From assembly GCA_964016885.1 (NCBI GenBank), contig OZ024753.1, positions 10,664,001 through 10,728,000 of the forward strand: DNA of 64,000 bases, written 5' to 3'. The notes below the pieces were generated by a model. It saw nothing but the letters and a program-made list of their open reading frames with translations. It was not told the origin of the DNA and made no database searches. This DNA comes from Eledone cirrhosa. Lineage: Eukaryota. This document shows, in pieces, positions 1-16,985 of the stretch (positions are counted from its first letter, which is position 1; the number at the start of each line of letters is the position of its first letter). The translations under genes and the position numbers were made by a program.

Positions 1-970
1 GTGATGATGATGGTAGTGGTGGTGTTGGTTGATGATGGTAGTGGTGGTGTGTTGTGATGATGATGTAGTGGTGGTGTTGGGTGATGATTGATGTAGTGTG
101 GTGTGATGATGGTAGTGGTGGTTTGGTGTGTGGTGGAGTGGATGTGTGGTGTGCGTGGGGTTGTGGTGGTGTTGATGTTGAGATAGGGTGGTGTTGGTGA
201 TGATGATGGGTAGTGGTGGTGTTGGTGATGATGATGGTAGTGGTGGTGTTGGTGTGTGATGATGGTAGTGGTGGTGTTGGTGGTGTTGATGATAGTGGTG
301 GTGTTGGTGATGATGATGGTAGTGGTGGTGTTGGTGATGATGATGGTAGTGGTGGTGTTGGTGATGATGATGGTAGGTGGTGTGGTGGTGTTGATGATGT
401 AGTGGTGGTGTTGGTGTGATGATGGTAGTGGTGGTGTTGGTGATGATGATGGTAGTGGTGGTGTTGGTGGTGTTGATGATAGTGGTGGTGTTGGTGATGA
501 TGATGGTAGTGGTGGTGTTGGTGATGATGATAGTGGTGGTGTTGGTGATGATGATGGTAGTGGTGGTGTTGGGTGATGATGATGGTAGTGGTGTGTGTTG
601 GTGTTGTTGTTGATAGTGGTGTGGTGTTGGTGGTGTTGATTGGATAGTGGTGGTGTGGGTGATGTGTGGTGGTGTTGGTGATGATGATGGTAGTGGTGGT
701 GTTGGTGGTGTTGATGATAGTGGTGGTGTTGGTGATGATGATGGTAGTGGTGGTGTTGGTGGTGTTGATGATAGTGGTGGTGTTGGTGATGATGATGGTA
801 GTGGTGGTGTTGGTGGTGTTGATGATAGTGGTGGTGTTGGTGATGATGATGGTAGTGGTGGTGTTGGTGATGATGATGGTAGTGGTGGTGTTGGTGATGT
901 TGATGATAGTGGTGGTGTTGGTGGTGTTGATGATAGTGGTGGTGTTGGTGATTATGACGATGATGATGAT
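1..970. repeat. GGT/GAT-rich minisatellite (~24-27 bp units such as gatgatgatggtagtggtggtgttggt)
   Basis: Tandem units visible directly; ORFs here are low-complexity V/M/G/D artefacts. Confidence 0.95.
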
Positions 971-1049
971 GGGGTGTCCCTTATCTCAGCTAAATGTTTC
1001 AAGCATGAGAGTTGGGTTAGTTAAAAAACATGTAGAGAGACAGACATAT

Positions 1050-2835
<1,786 letters not shown>

Positions 2836-3077
2836 TAGAAAAAAAGAGAGAGATGTGGAAACGACAAAGGTACAATGGTACAAGGGAAAGGGCTGGGATT
2901 GGGGTAACACAGAGAGAGAAATAGGGGCCAATGCGCAAGGGCCTACTTTAAAGATTCATTTGTAAACTCAATCCATAAAAAAATGTATGGCTGCTGTAAC
3001 AAACCCTTGAGGTTTTGGGGAAATGATGTCTTTCCATTTTTAGGGGAGGGCCATAATGTCTTTCCTTTCTTCTTTCG

Positions 3078-3141
<64 letters not shown>

Positions 3142-3142
3142 T

Positions 3143-3334
3143 AGGAAAAAGTATGACCCCGACGGCAGAGCTCAAGCCGTTTCGACGGCTATTTCTGTCC
3201 AGAAATAGCCGTCGAAACGGTTTGAGCTCTGCCGTCGGGGTCATACTTTTTCCTGTTTCCCACTCTACTACCCTAAGTATTGAGTACTCTGGTGCTTTAT
3301 GGTCCATCTGGTTCCTTACCACAATTCCTTTGTT
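3143..3334 (+). mobile_element. Short palindromic element family P1, copy 1 (probable non-autonomous PLE pLTR fragment) in (TA)n
   Basis: Palindrome 3143-3254 plus ~80 bp tail; homologous copies at 5.7, 26.1, 53.4, 56.6 and 63.4 kb; carries GAAA-stem-TC hammerhead 3' half. Confidence 0.8.
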
Positions 3335-3764
3335 ATATATATAATACGTATACATGTATCTATGTAAACAGACGTGTATATATATGTATGTACGTACGTA
3401 TATCTATATATATATGTAAGCATGTGTATGTATCTATGCATGTGTATGTATGTATATATATATATATATATGTGTGTGTATGTGTATGTACGTGTATATA
3501 TATATATATATATATGTAATTTGTTAGAAATAGCTTGTTTTATATATATACATACATATACACACACACACACACATACACACACACACACACATATATA
3601 TATATGCGTATGTATGTATACACATACAGTCTCCCATTGTAGGGACTGTTCCCTTATCTCTATTTGTATTCTTTAAGAAAGTCATGTCCTAATTAGTAAA
3701 TAATATCCATGTTTAGAGAAGAAAGGAAAACTAAATATAAGACGCAACAGATAAAGACGTAGAA

Positions 3765-4080
3765 ATATATATAAATATATATAATTATATATAAATATAT
3801 ATAATTATAAATAAAAATATATAAATATATACATTATATATATTTATATATAATTATATATAAATATATATAATTATATATAAATATATATAATTATATA
3901 TAAATATATATATAAATATATATAATTATATATATTATTATATATAAATATATATAATTATATATATATATAATTATATATATAATTATATATATTATAT
4001 ATATATAATTATATATATATATATAATTATATATATATATAATTATATATATATAATTCTATATAAATATATATAAATAT
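3765..4080. repeat. AT-only low-complexity repeat (TATAAT/TAAAT units)
   Basis: Direct. Confidence 0.9.
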
Positions 4081-4356
4081 GATGGTGGTGGTGGTGAAGG
4101 CGATGATGGTGATGATGATGGTGGTGATGATGGTGGTGGGGATGAAGGTGGTGGTGGTGGTGATGAAGGTGGTGGTGATGGTGGTGGTGATGGTGGTGAT
4201 GATGGCGAAGCTGATGACGATGATGATACGACTAATACCACCACCAACACTCCCATCATCATTACCACCACCATCATTACCACCACCACCACCACCATCA
4301 TTACCACCACCACCACCATCATTACCACCACCACCACCATCATTACCACCACCACC
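4081..4356. repeat. (GGT/GAT)n followed by (CCA/CAT)n trinucleotide tracts
   Basis: Direct. Confidence 0.85.
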
Positions 4357-4399
4357 AGCAAACCGCTACAATCAGCATTACCAATAACAATAATAATAA

Positions 4400-4774
4400 T
4401 AATTGTTTCTACTTTTGGCACAAGGCCAGCAATTACCCAGTGCATTACTGGTACTTTATTTTATCGACCCCGTAAGGATGAAAGGCAAAGTTAACCTCGG
4501 CGGGATTTGAACTCAGAATGGCAAGGACCGTAACTCTATACGTCAAAACATGGCGTCCGACCCTCTACCGATACTGCCAATTATAATTGTTTCTACTTTA
4601 GGCACAAGGCCAGCAATAACCTCCAGTACATTACTGGTACTTTATTTTATCGACCCCGTAAGGATGAAAGGCAAAGTCAACCTCGGCGGGATTTGAACTC
4701 AGATCGTAAAAGGACGTAACTATGCTGGAAAGCATGGCGTCCGACCCTCTACCGATACTGCCAAGCCGCCGCCC
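4400..4774 (-). mobile_element. Two tandem tRNA-derived SINE copies (octopus-type, family S1)
   Basis: Minus strand shows A-box-like tggcagtatcggtag and B-box gagttcaaatccc; conserved tail ggccttgtgcc..agtagaaacaatt; more than 10 copies in the window. Confidence 0.85.
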
Positions 4775-5279
4775 TATATAATAATAATAATAATAATAAT
4801 TCATGGATGGAAGTCAGATAAGAATAAGGCAAAGAAATGTGAGAATGTTTTTCATGTCAAACGTATTCACACTTAATTTTGATTCGTATTTTAACTTCAG
4901 AGAGAAATTAATTTCATAATAATAATAACATATATAACAAATAATAACGTAAATAAATTTTAAAAAAAGATGAAAGCGAAATACAAATGAAACGAATTAT
5001 GATGTAAGAAGGAAGGAAAAAAAGAAGGAAGGAAAAAAAACCTAATTCAGCGGTTTAAAAACTTGTATTGTACATTGTTTATGTAATTAAATTAGTTGTT
5101 GGTTGTATATATATAGGAAAATGTAAGTAGAAGGTATATTTAATTTGTTGGAAATTCAACAAATATAAATGTTTATAACTGATTCAGAGCACTCGACAGT
5201 TTCTGGAGTAAATATTCAATTATATTAAATTTATATCATTGTATAGGAAAATGTATGTATGTTTCTCTTTTTCTTAATT

Positions 5280-5630
5280 TCGAATATATATTTGACCGGC
5301 CACCTTCCTGGTGGCAAGGTTGTAAAAGAACAGAAAGAGTCACCCCTTGAATCGCAAGAATGTTTTGCAAATTGTGAAGGTGCCAGATATCGCGGCCATT
5401 TGTATTTTATGAATTTGGAAGCTGTGTTCTTTGTCCACAAATCGAAGTTCAATTACACTTTGTTCCAAGTGGGTTGATTTATAACTTGTAGCTCCATTAA
5501 TAATGGGTATAAAGCTGAAGGTGTATCTTGGATACTGGATCTGCAAACTCCCCATCAATGGTCCGTAGATGATCAAACCGTACAGATCGAACCTTGAGCT
5601 GAACAAACACGAAACGTGCGTCACTACTCA
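5280..5630 (+). pseudogene. Decayed PLE GIY-YIG C-terminus followed by a degenerate hammerhead 3' half
   Basis: ...GARYRGHLYFMNLEAVFFVHKSK... resembles the PLE endonuclease tail (LEA.FI..KP.LN.Q); GAAACGTGCGTC at ~5611. Confidence 0.4.
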
Positions 5631-5665
5631 ATAAACGTAATGAAAACCTAACAAATCGTCTCTTT

Positions 5666-5700
<35 letters not shown>

Positions 5701-5702
<2 letters not shown>

Positions 5703-5911
5703 AACAAGTAAGACCCCGACGGCTGAGCTCAAGCCGTTTCGACGGCTAATTCTGGGTATAAAGCTGAAGGTGTATCCAGAATTAGCCGTCGAAACGGCTT
5801 GAGCTCAGCCGTCGGGGTCTTAATTGTTCCTATTACCCACTCTACTACCCTAAGTATTGAGTACTTTGGTGCGTTATGGTCCACCTGGTTCCTTACCACA
5901 TTTCCTTCGTT
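5701..5911 (+). mobile_element. P1 palindromic element copy 2
   Basis: Palindrome 5698-5833 plus tail, flanked by (TA)n. Confidence 0.8.
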
Positions 5912-6009
5912 ATATATATATATATATCGCTCGCATACACACACGCACACACATTCTCTTTCTCTCTATCTCTTTCTCTCTATCTCTTGTATATATATAT
6001 ATAATTGAT

Positions 6010-6430
6010 TGTAGTAATGCCATACTATCGATTAAAATCCCGTTATTCACTTCTATAGAGACTGGTGATAAAAGACTTGCTTGTTTCTCAAGACAGATGT
6101 CAAAGGTGATTTGTATATCTTAATATGTGAAATAGGTGTTTCTTCTTACATCGAAGGCCTGCTATCGGACACAATGCAGCTACGTCTTTTAAAATTAGAG
6201 CTATAAATCAAAATCTAGAAACTCTTGACCCCTCATAAACTTGAATCGTTAATCTTACATTCGGACCTCTGACATGTAGTTCAGATATCGTTTCTTCAAA
6301 TTTCGTATTGAGTTAATGACCCTCGTTAAATTTCTTGCAGTTATTAATAGTAAAATTATGAAGTCACATATAATCGATGGTCCAGAAATAGAGATTTGAT
6401 GTTGGCAGCAAGTCTCAGTCTAAGATGGTT
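6010..6430 (-). pseudogene. Possible highly decayed PLE reverse-transcriptase fragment
   Basis: Minus-strand RNTYFTY..QI...ASLLSPV resembles the RT motif-4 region (YF.F..Q..G.AMGSPLSP); contains stops. Confidence 0.3.
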
Positions 6431-6539
6431 TACACGTAAAATACTGCTTAACTTATAAACTATATACAGTGTATAAAATACATCATGGCCGACAGTTTTT
6501 AGGTGTTTGTGTGTTTAAGTATAAGTAAGGGTGTTGTTA

Positions 6540-7285
6540 GTGTATGTGTATTAAACGTTAAATTATGTGTGAACGTGTATCCAATATGTGTGCGTGGTCC
6601 CTCAGTGTATGAAACGTTAAATTATGTGTGAACATGTGTGTGTTTGAATGTGTATGCATTTGAGTGTGTATGTATGCATGTGTGTGTGTGTATGTAGTTG
6701 AGTGTGTATGCATGTATGTGTCAATGTGCGTGTGAATGTGTGTGCATGCATGTATATGTGTCAGTGTGTGTGTGTGTATGCATGTATATGTGTCAGTGTG
6801 TGTGTATGAATGTGTGTATGTGTGTGAATGTGTGTGTATGCATGTATATGTATCAGTGTGTGTGTGTGTATGCATGTATGTGTTAGTGTGTGTATGCATG
6901 TATATGTGTCAGTGTGTGTGTGTGAATGTGTGTGTATGCATGTATATGTATCAGTGTGTGTGTGAATGTGTGTGTATGCATGTATATGTATCAGTGTGTG
7001 TGTGTATGCATGTATATGTGTGTGTATGCATGTATATGTATCAGTGTGTGTGTGAATGTGTGTGTATGCATGTATATGTATCAGTGTGTGAATGTGTGTG
7101 TATGCATGTATATGTATCAGTGTGTGTGTGTATGCATGTGTGTGTGTCAGTGTGTGTGTGTGAACGTGAAACTGTGATGTGTTATGTATCTAAGTGTGGG
7201 TACTTTGTCGTAAATACATTAATCATACTGTATATGAGAGTTTCGTGTCTGCCATTGTATGTATGTGTATGTGTGTACGAATGTA

Positions 7286-7332
<47 letters not shown>

Positions 7333-7702
7333 ATGTATGTATGTGTGTATGTACTTGTGTGTTTGTATCTGTCTCTGTATGAGAACATTGTATGTACGTG
7401 TATGTATGTATATGTATATATGTATGTATATGTATGTGTGTATATATGTATGTATGTGTATGTATATGTATGTAGGTATATAAGTATGTATGTATGTATA
7501 TAAGTATGTATATAAGTATGTATGTATGTATATAAGTATGTATAAGTATGTATGTATATATGTATGTATGCATGTATGTATATAAGTATGTATGTACGCA
7601 TGTATGTATATATGTATGTATATAAGTGTGTATGTAGGTATATAAGTATGTATATATGTATATAAGCATGTATGTATGTATGTATGCATGTATGTATGTA
7701 TA
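6540..7702. repeat. (TG)n/(TATG)n compound microsatellite and minisatellite
   Basis: Direct. Confidence 0.9.
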
Positions 7703-8639
7703 TAAGAGAGTGGGACTGGCTTTGTGCAGTGCCTTTGCTCACTATAAAAGCTTCATGGCACAGGCATTGCTTTATATCTGGAGATCTCTCTGCACTTGTC
7801 GTCACATGGTACCATGGGCCCAGCACTATGTGTCAATAATTGTCACAAGTGTAGTGTTAGTACCAGAGTTTTCAAGTCGCTGGCTGAACTAAAAGTCACA
7901 CTCGTTCAGCGCATCGGTAGGGGTTCTCCTACATGGATATAAAGTAGTGGCCGTACTCGAAAACGAGTTGGCAGCCACCATGTATATAAGTATGTATATA
8001 AGTATGTATGTATGTATGTATGTATGTATGCATGTCAGGTCACCAGTTGGTGCTACTGGTAACATGTATCTCAGTACAACCTGTCCCATGGTCGGGTCGT
8101 TGGCGACTAAACTGGCAACCCCACCAAGGTTTCTTGGTGAGGGGAGTGACTTTGGACATCCTGCAGGACTAAAAACAAAAGCTGGCAAAGGGCAAAGGAG
8201 CTCTTAAGAGTCAATGGCCATCCAAAATCACCGGGAGAGATGACCCCCTTAGCCTTTGTCAAGGCAGCATTCTAGGAGAAGGAAAACTCTGATATAACAC
8301 CTGCAACCCTGATGGTATCCAATGATGTTGACTTGTTCTTCTTTTTGGTAAATATCTTGGTTAAGAGAGTGGGACTGGCTTTGTGCAGTGCCTTTGCTCA
8401 CTATAAAAGCTTCACGGCACAGGCATTGCTTTATATCTGGAGATCTCTCTGCACTTGTCGTCACATGATACCATGGGCCCAGCACTATGTGTCAATAATT
8501 GTCACAAGTGTAGTGTTTGTACCAGAGTTTTCAAGTCGCTGGCTGGACTGAAAAGTCACACTCGTTCAGCGCATCGGTAGGGATTCTCCTACATGGATAT
8601 AAAGTAGTGGCCGTACTCAAAAACGAGTTGGCAGCCACC
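7702..8639. repeat. ~278-bp direct repeat (7702-7979 and 8362-8639) around a probable RTE 5'-UTR-like segment (8035-8310)
   Basis: Near-identical copies seen directly; tctaggagaaggaaaactctgatat motif recurs at ~55766. Confidence 0.8.
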
Positions 8640-8924
8640 GCATATATGTATATAAGCATGTATGTATGTATGTATGTATGTATGTATGTATATAAGTATG
8701 TATGTATGTAAACTAAGAAATATAATTCAAATGTCTAGTTGTATCTACATTAGATATAATTCACTTTTCAATCATATTCTCTGTTGTAGCATAAATATTT
8801 ATTATTTAGTTAATTGTTCCGTTAAAACTATAAACACCATGTAAACTTAGATTGCCCGTTTCTGCTATATTTTATATCTTGTATGATATATATAGTAGTA
8901 CTATAGCAGTATTACCTCTTTCAT

Positions 8925-9580
8925 GGGTTCATTGGGGGTAGCTATCTGTTGCCAGGGTCATTGGGGGTAGCTATCTGATCACAGGTCCATTGGGGGTAGC
9001 TATCTGTTCCCAGGTTCATTGGGGGTAGCTATCTGATCACAGGTCCATTGGGGGTAGCTATCTGTTCCCAGGTTCATTGGGAGTAGCTATCTGATCACAG
9101 GTTGGGGGTAGCTATCTGTTCCCAGGTTCATTGGGGGTAGCTATCTGATCACAGGTTCATTGGGGGTAGCTATCTGATCACAGGTTCATTGGGGGTAGCT
9201 ATCTGATCACAGGTTGGGGGTAGCTATCTGTTCCCAGGCTCATTGGGGGTAGCTATCTGATCACAGGTTGGGGGTAGCTATCTGTTCCCAGGTTGATTGG
9301 GGGTAGCTATCTGATCACAGGTTGGGGGTAGCTATCTGTTCCCAGGTTCATTGGGGGTAGCTATCTGATCACAGGTTGGGGGTAGCTATCTGTTCCCAGG
9401 CTCATTGGGGGTAGCTATCTGTTCCCAGGTTGATTGGGGGTAGCTATCTGATCACAGGTTGGGGGTAGCTATCTGTTCCCAGGTTCATTGGGGGTAGCTA
9501 TCTGATTACAGGTTGGGGGTAGCTATCTGATCACAGGTTGGGGGTAGCTATCTGTTCCCAGGTTCATTGGGGGTAGCTAT
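8925..9580. repeat. 25/29-bp minisatellite (ttgggggtagctatctg[ttcccaggttca|atcacagg])
   Basis: Direct. Confidence 0.95.
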
Positions 9581-9705
9581 ATAGTATTGCAATAGCGGTA
9601 TTACCTCGTTCCCAGATATATACGGGTAGCTATACGTTCACAGGTTCATTGGGGGTAGTTATCTTCACATATCTTGTATGACATATATAGCATTGTTCTA
9701 TTGGT

Positions 9706-10190
9706 ATTAGGCAGAGTCGTTAGACCTACGTCAGATAGAATACTTTACGGTATTCGTTCCTGCTCTCTGCTTTCGGAGTTCAAATCCCGCCGATGTCAAT
9801 TTTGCCTTTCATCCTTTTGAGGTCAATAAAAAAAAAGTACCAGTCTACTACTGGGGTCGATTTTTCCTCTGTGTCTCTTTATTTCCTCCCTCTCGTGTTC
9901 TATCTGCTATACTGAGGCCTGGAGAGGGGCGGGCTCCGCCAGGCTTAAAAAGCCCAAGAAACTCTGTAGGTCATCACTACGGCGTCCCTACGACTCTATC
10001 AGGAAAGAAAGTACCAGTCTACTACTGGGGTCGATTTTTCCTCTGTGTCTCTTTATTTCCTCTCTCTCATGTTCTATATTTCTCTGGAAGAAATCTGCTA
10101 TACTGAGGCTTGGAGAGGGACGGGCACCGCCAGGCTTAAAGAACCCAAGAAACCCCGTAGGTCATCACTACGGCGTCCCTACGACTCTAG
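9706..10190 (+). mobile_element. SINE S1-related variant with a tandemly duplicated 3' part (9835-10007 and 10008-10190)
   Basis: gagttcaaatcccgccg B-box; duplicated aaagtaccagtctactactggggtcga...cctacgactcta. Confidence 0.7.
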
Positions 10191-10303
10191 CAGGAGTTAT
10201 GAGACCCTATATACATAGTGATATTACCTCGTTCACAATACATACGGGTAGATATCTTCACATGGGAGACAAAAATTACTGCCATTTCATTTTTTTGTCG
10301 TCA

Positions 10304-10415
10304 AATAATTGTTTCTACTTTAGGCACAAGGCCAGCAATTACCCAGTGCATTACTGGTACTTTATGTTATCGACCCCGTAAGGATGAAAGGCAAAGTTAA
10401 CCTCGGCGGGATTTG
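10304..10415 (-). mobile_element. SINE S1 3' fragment
   Basis: Matches the S1 tail. Confidence 0.8.
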
Positions 10416-10859
10416 TCGTCAAATAATAAAACTTATATTCTCCCAATTTACTCTGCTAAGTCTTCGCTGTGAAAAGAATTCCTCCTTATACAGAGGCATA
10501 TAGAAAATGTAAGAGGGTAACCTTTTGCCTGCGTTTCAAAATTTCAGCGTCGGCGGCTCTTCATATATATATATATATGAGTGTGTATATGTGTGTGTGT
10601 ATATGTGTGTATATGTGTATATATGTATATATATATATTGTACTCCCTCCCTCTCCCCCTCTTCCACACTCTCCCCCTCTCTCTCTCCGATCCCCACTCT
10701 CTCCCCCTATCTCTCTCCGCCCCCCTCTCACCCTCACCCTCTCTCCACTCCAGTCCCCCCCCTCCCCGCTCCTCCTCTCCTCCTCTCCTCCCCTCCTCTC
10801 TCTCAAGGTACACCTATGTAATAAATGAGCAATTTGTAAGATAACGAGTTCGCGCTTGT

Positions 10860-11596
<737 letters not shown>

Positions 11597-11854
11597 TTTT
11601 CAAATGGTGAAATGGTTCCTTCTAATTGTTTATCTAAAGGGAGCACAAGAGCTAAACAAGATTATGTTAAGGCCAGCAAAGGTCAAATCCCGCCAACTAA
11701 ACATTTAAATTAATGATGCTAAAGTTACTCCGTCACGTTATCTTCAAGACAGAAGCCATACATTTCACACCCAAAGGTTAACGTGTGGGATATACACTTT
11801 TAGATGATCCTAGTGTAAAATATACCAAGAACAGGCAATCGCTCTACTAACACC

Positions 11855-14800
11855 CTCACACTACACCAAACCACACTCACTCACCAGAGCCCACACACAC
11901 ATCAGAGCCCTCACTACACCAAACCACACACATTCACCAGAGCCCACACACACATCAGAGCCCTCACTACACCAAACCACACACATTCACCAGAGCCAAC
12001 ACTACACCAAACCACACACACTCACCAGAGCCCACACTACACCAAACCACACTCACTCACCAGAGCCCACACACACATCAGAGCCCTCACTACACCAAAC
12101 CACACACATTCACCAGAGCCCACACACACATCAGAGCCCTCACTACACCAAACCACACACATTCACCAGAGCCAACACTACACCAAACCACACACACTCA
12201 CCAGAGCCCACACTACACCAAACCACACTCACTCACCAGAGCCCACACACACATCAGAGCCCTCACTACACCAAACCACACACATTCACCAGAGCCAACA
12301 CTACACCAAACCACACGCACACCAGAGCCCTCACTACACCAAACCACACACACAAACACCAGAGCCCACACTGCACCAAACCACACACACAAACACCAGA
12401 GCCCACACTGCACCAAACCACACACACAAACACCAGAGCCCACACTACACCAAACCACACGCACACCAGAGCCCTCACTACACCAAACCACACGCACACC
12501 AGAGCCCACACTACACCAAACCACACGCACACCAGAGCCCACACTACACCAAACCACACACACAAACACCAGAGCCCACACTATACCAAACCACACGCAC
12601 ACCAGAGCCCTCACTACACCAAACCACACGCACACCAGAGCCCACACTACACCAAACCACACGCACACCAGAGCCCACACTACACCAAACCACACACTCC
12701 CCAGAGCCAACACTACACCAAACCACACACACACACCAGAGCCCACACTATACCAAACCACACACACACCAGAGCCCACACTGCACCAAACCACACACAC
12801 ACCAGAGCCCACACTGCACCAAACCACACACTCCCCAGAGCCAACACTACACCAAACCACACACACACACCAGAGCCCACACTACACCAAACCACACGCA
12901 CACCAGAGCCCACACTACACCAAACCACACACACAAACACCAGAGCCCACACTGCACCAAACCACACACACTCACCAGAGCCCACACTACACCAAACCAC
13001 ACACACAAACACCAGAGCCCACACTGCACCAAACCACACACACAAACACCAGAGCCCACACTGCACCAAACCACACACACAAACACCAGAGCCCACACTA
13101 CACCAAACCACACAAACACCAGAGCCCACACTACACCAAACCACACTCACTCACCAGAGCCCACACTATACCAAACCACACACACTCACCGGAGCCAACA
13201 CTACACCAAACCACACTCACTCACCAGAGGCAACACTACACCAAACCACACTCACTCACCGAAGCCCACACTACACCAAACCACACACACACACACCAGA
13301 GCCCACACTGCACCAAACCACACACACAAACACCAGAGCCCACACTGCACCAAACCACACACACACACACCAGAGCCCTCACTACACCAAACCACACGCA
13401 CACCAGAGCCCTCACTACACCAAACCACACGCACACCAGAGCCCACACTGCACCAAACCACACTCACTCACCAGAGCCCACACTACACCAAACCACACAC
13501 ACTCACCGGAACCCACACTATACCAAACCACACACACTCCCCAGAGCCCACACTACACCAAACTACACACACAAACACCAGAGCCCACACTACACCAAAC
13601 CACACAAACACCAGAGCCCATACTACACCAAACCACACTCACTCACCAGAGCCCACACTATACCAAACCACACACACTCCCCAGAGCCCACACTACACCA
13701 AACTACACACACAAACACCAGAGCCCACACTACACCAAACCACACGCACACCAGAGCCCACACTACACCAAACCACACACACAAACACCAGAGCCCACAC
13801 TGCACCAAACCACACACACTCACCAGAGCCCACACTACACCAAACCACACACACTCACCAGAGCCCACACTACACCAAACCACACACACAAACACCAGAG
13901 CCCACACTGCACCAAACCACACACACTCCCCAGAGCCCACACTACACCAAACCACACTCACTACGCCAAACCACACACACACCAGAGCCCACACTACACC
14001 AGAGCCCACACTACACCAAACTACACACACACCAGAGCCCACACTACACCAAACTACACACACAGACACCAGAGCCCACACTACACCAAACCACACACTC
14101 ACCAGAGCCCACACTACACCACACACACACCAGAGCCCACACTACACCAAACCACACACACTCACCAGAGCCCACACTACACCAAACCACACACACTCAC
14201 CAGAGCCCACACTACACCAAACCACACACACTCACCAGAGCCCACACTACACCAAACCACACACACTCACCAGAGCCCACACTACACCAAACCACACACA
14301 CTCACCAGAGCCCACACTACACCAAACCACACACACTCACCAGAGCCCACACTACACCAAACCACACTCACTCACCGGAGCCCACACTACACAATACCAC
14401 ACTCACTCACCGGAGCCCACACTACACAGTACCATACACACACACCAGAGCCCTCACTACACCAAACCACACACACACCAGAGCCCACACTACACCAAAC
14501 CACACACTCACCAGAGCCCACACTACACCAAACCACACACTCACCAGAGCCAACACTACACCAAACCACACACACTCACCAGAGCCCACACTACACCAAA
14601 CCACACACTCACCAGAGCCAACACTACACCAAACCACACACACTCACCAGAGCCCACACTACACAGTACCATACACACACACCAGAGCCCACACTACACA
14701 GTACCATACACACACACCAGAGCCCACACTACACCAAACCACACACTCACCGGAGCCCACACTACACAGTACCATACACACACACCAGAGCCCACACTAC

Positions 14801-15430
14801 ATCAAACCACAGACACCAGAGCCCACACTACACCAAACCACACACTCACCAGAGCCCACACTACACCAAACCACACACTCACCAGAGCCAACACTACACC
14901 AAACCACACACTCACCAGAGCCAACACTACACCAAACCACAGACACCAGAGCCCACACTACACCAAACCCCCACACACACATCAGAGCCCACACTACACC
15001 AAACCACACACACACCAGAGCCCACACTACACCAAACCACACACACCAGAGCCCACACTACACCAAAGTACACACACACATCAGAGCCCACACACACCCC
15101 AGAGCCCACACTACACCAAACCACAGACACCAGAGCCCCCACTACACCAAACCACACCACACACACACACCAGAGCCCACACACACACACAGTAGAGCCC
15201 ACAGTACACCAAACCACACACATACACTACACCAAACCACACACCACCCTTCACAAAACCACACACACCAGACGCCTCCCTACACAAAACCACACACACA
15301 CACAGCAGAGCCCACACTACACCAAACCACACACACACACCAGAACCCACACTACACCAAACCACACACCACCCCTCACAAAACCACACACACCAGACGC
15401 CATCCTACACAAAACCACACACACACAGCC
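11855..15430. repeat. ~33-39 bp minisatellite (ccagagcccacactacaccaaaccacacacactca)
   Basis: Direct, roughly 100 units. Confidence 0.97.
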
Positions 15431-15859
15431 CCAAATATTTATTTGCGACAAAGAGTCCGGTCATTTGTCTGTTTGAAGATATTAAAGATAAGTCATGAAC
15501 TGTAAACAGACAACAGACGGATTTAAATTGAATTTCTGAACGATATTTGAATAAAATTAGTTTCAATTTACTTATATATAACCAACAGCTACAGCAGGAA
15601 CACCACAACTTCCGATTATAGTGCAGGTAATGTGTCAGTGTTTATACCGCTGTCTTCTTTTAAATACCATTAAATGCTTCTTCTTCGCCTTCTTTTCTTC
15701 ATTTTCTTCATCTTCTTTTTTCTTCTTTTCTCCTCGTTGTTGCTGTTAACAAAATACACGTTGAACAGCCCCGAGAGGTGAAGAAGCAACAACTAAACCA
15801 GCCAGTTGGTATATCGATTAAGGGCATACACCACTAACATTTATGCAAGTAAAAAAAAA

Positions 15860-15918
15860 TGTCTGATGAGATCGTATCTGAATATTACATAACAGATACC
15901 ATCGAAATACGTATAACA
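15860..15918 (+). ncRNA. Minimal type-I hammerhead ribozyme motif (HH1)
   Basis: TGT-CTGATGA-stem II (GATCGTATCTG/CAGATACCATC, 10/11 pairs)-GAAA-TACGTA-TA-ACA. Confidence 0.75.
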
Positions 15919-16659
15919 GTGACTATGTAACAAATAGAATGTGGTGTAATTCAAACCCACACACACACCTACGTGATAATATCGGTGTAGCTACCTCGTG
16001 TCGAGTTCTTTATGCTGCTTACACATGTTTTTAATGTATACATGAAAACTAATAATAGATGTATCAGAAAGCACACACACAGGACCGGATTTAATGAGGG
16101 ACAAAGGGGATAATTGCCGTGGGGTCCCACTAGCGACGGCCGTAGCAATTTATTTGTGCCCTCAGCTGGGTTTTTATTTTTTAGGTTGGTTAGTTTTGGG
16201 GATTTAATACCTGTATGTATAAGTTTTCCATTTCAATTATTTGCGCCAAGCTAACTTTAATATGAAAATTGTGGGGTTTGCTGTGTATTATATATACTTT
16301 TTCAACAGCCCCCCCCCCAACAAGGGCTAAATCTGATATACTTTTTCAACAGCCCCCCCAACAAGGGCTAAATCTGATCCTGTACACACACCCTACCTAC
16401 CCGTCTGCCTGTGTGTATTTACACACGTACACAAACATACACATATAGACGACGGTCTTTGTAGCTGATTCCGTCCATTAATATCCACCCAGAATACTTA
16501 GGCAACCCGAGGTTATAGTTGAAGGTATTTACTCAAGCTGATGAGTAGATTGATCGAACCCGGATCCACGTGCTTATGAAGTGGACTTCTCAAACACTCT
16601 GCTATTCTCGCGCCAATTCATAACGTTCCTATTTTATGAAACACTGTTTTCTCCTAGAC

Positions 16660-16985
16660 CAGAGGTTCTGCAGCTGGGCGCTACCACCCCTGGAAAGGGT
16701 GCGGGGGCGTTGAGAAGGTAGAGAGGGCGCTGGGGTCTAAAGGGACACTACCGCCCCTGGGGGGAGGGGGGGGAGAAAGTACAGAGGGCACTGGGGGTGG
16801 TAGAGCTTATATAATAGTTTATTAAATATAGTAAAATAAAAAATATATACTATTTATTTATACATAGTATATATTATATTATTTATCATATAAATTAGCG
16901 ATTTTATCATTTATAATTTTCATGTAGGCAGGTCTGTCTGTCTGGAAATAGGTGGGGAGGGGTATTACGTGGTCGTGACCCATCC
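16660..16985 (+). mobile_element. hAT-like MITE family M1 (CAGAGGTTCT terminus), partial
   Basis: Homologous to 22202-22506, 44390-45142 and 45419-46130. Confidence 0.6.

Noticed and set aside
15587-15626. Possible host micro-exon (aacag|...gtgcag|gtaatg)
   Set aside because: Splice-like sites only; no recognisable protein and no transcript evidence
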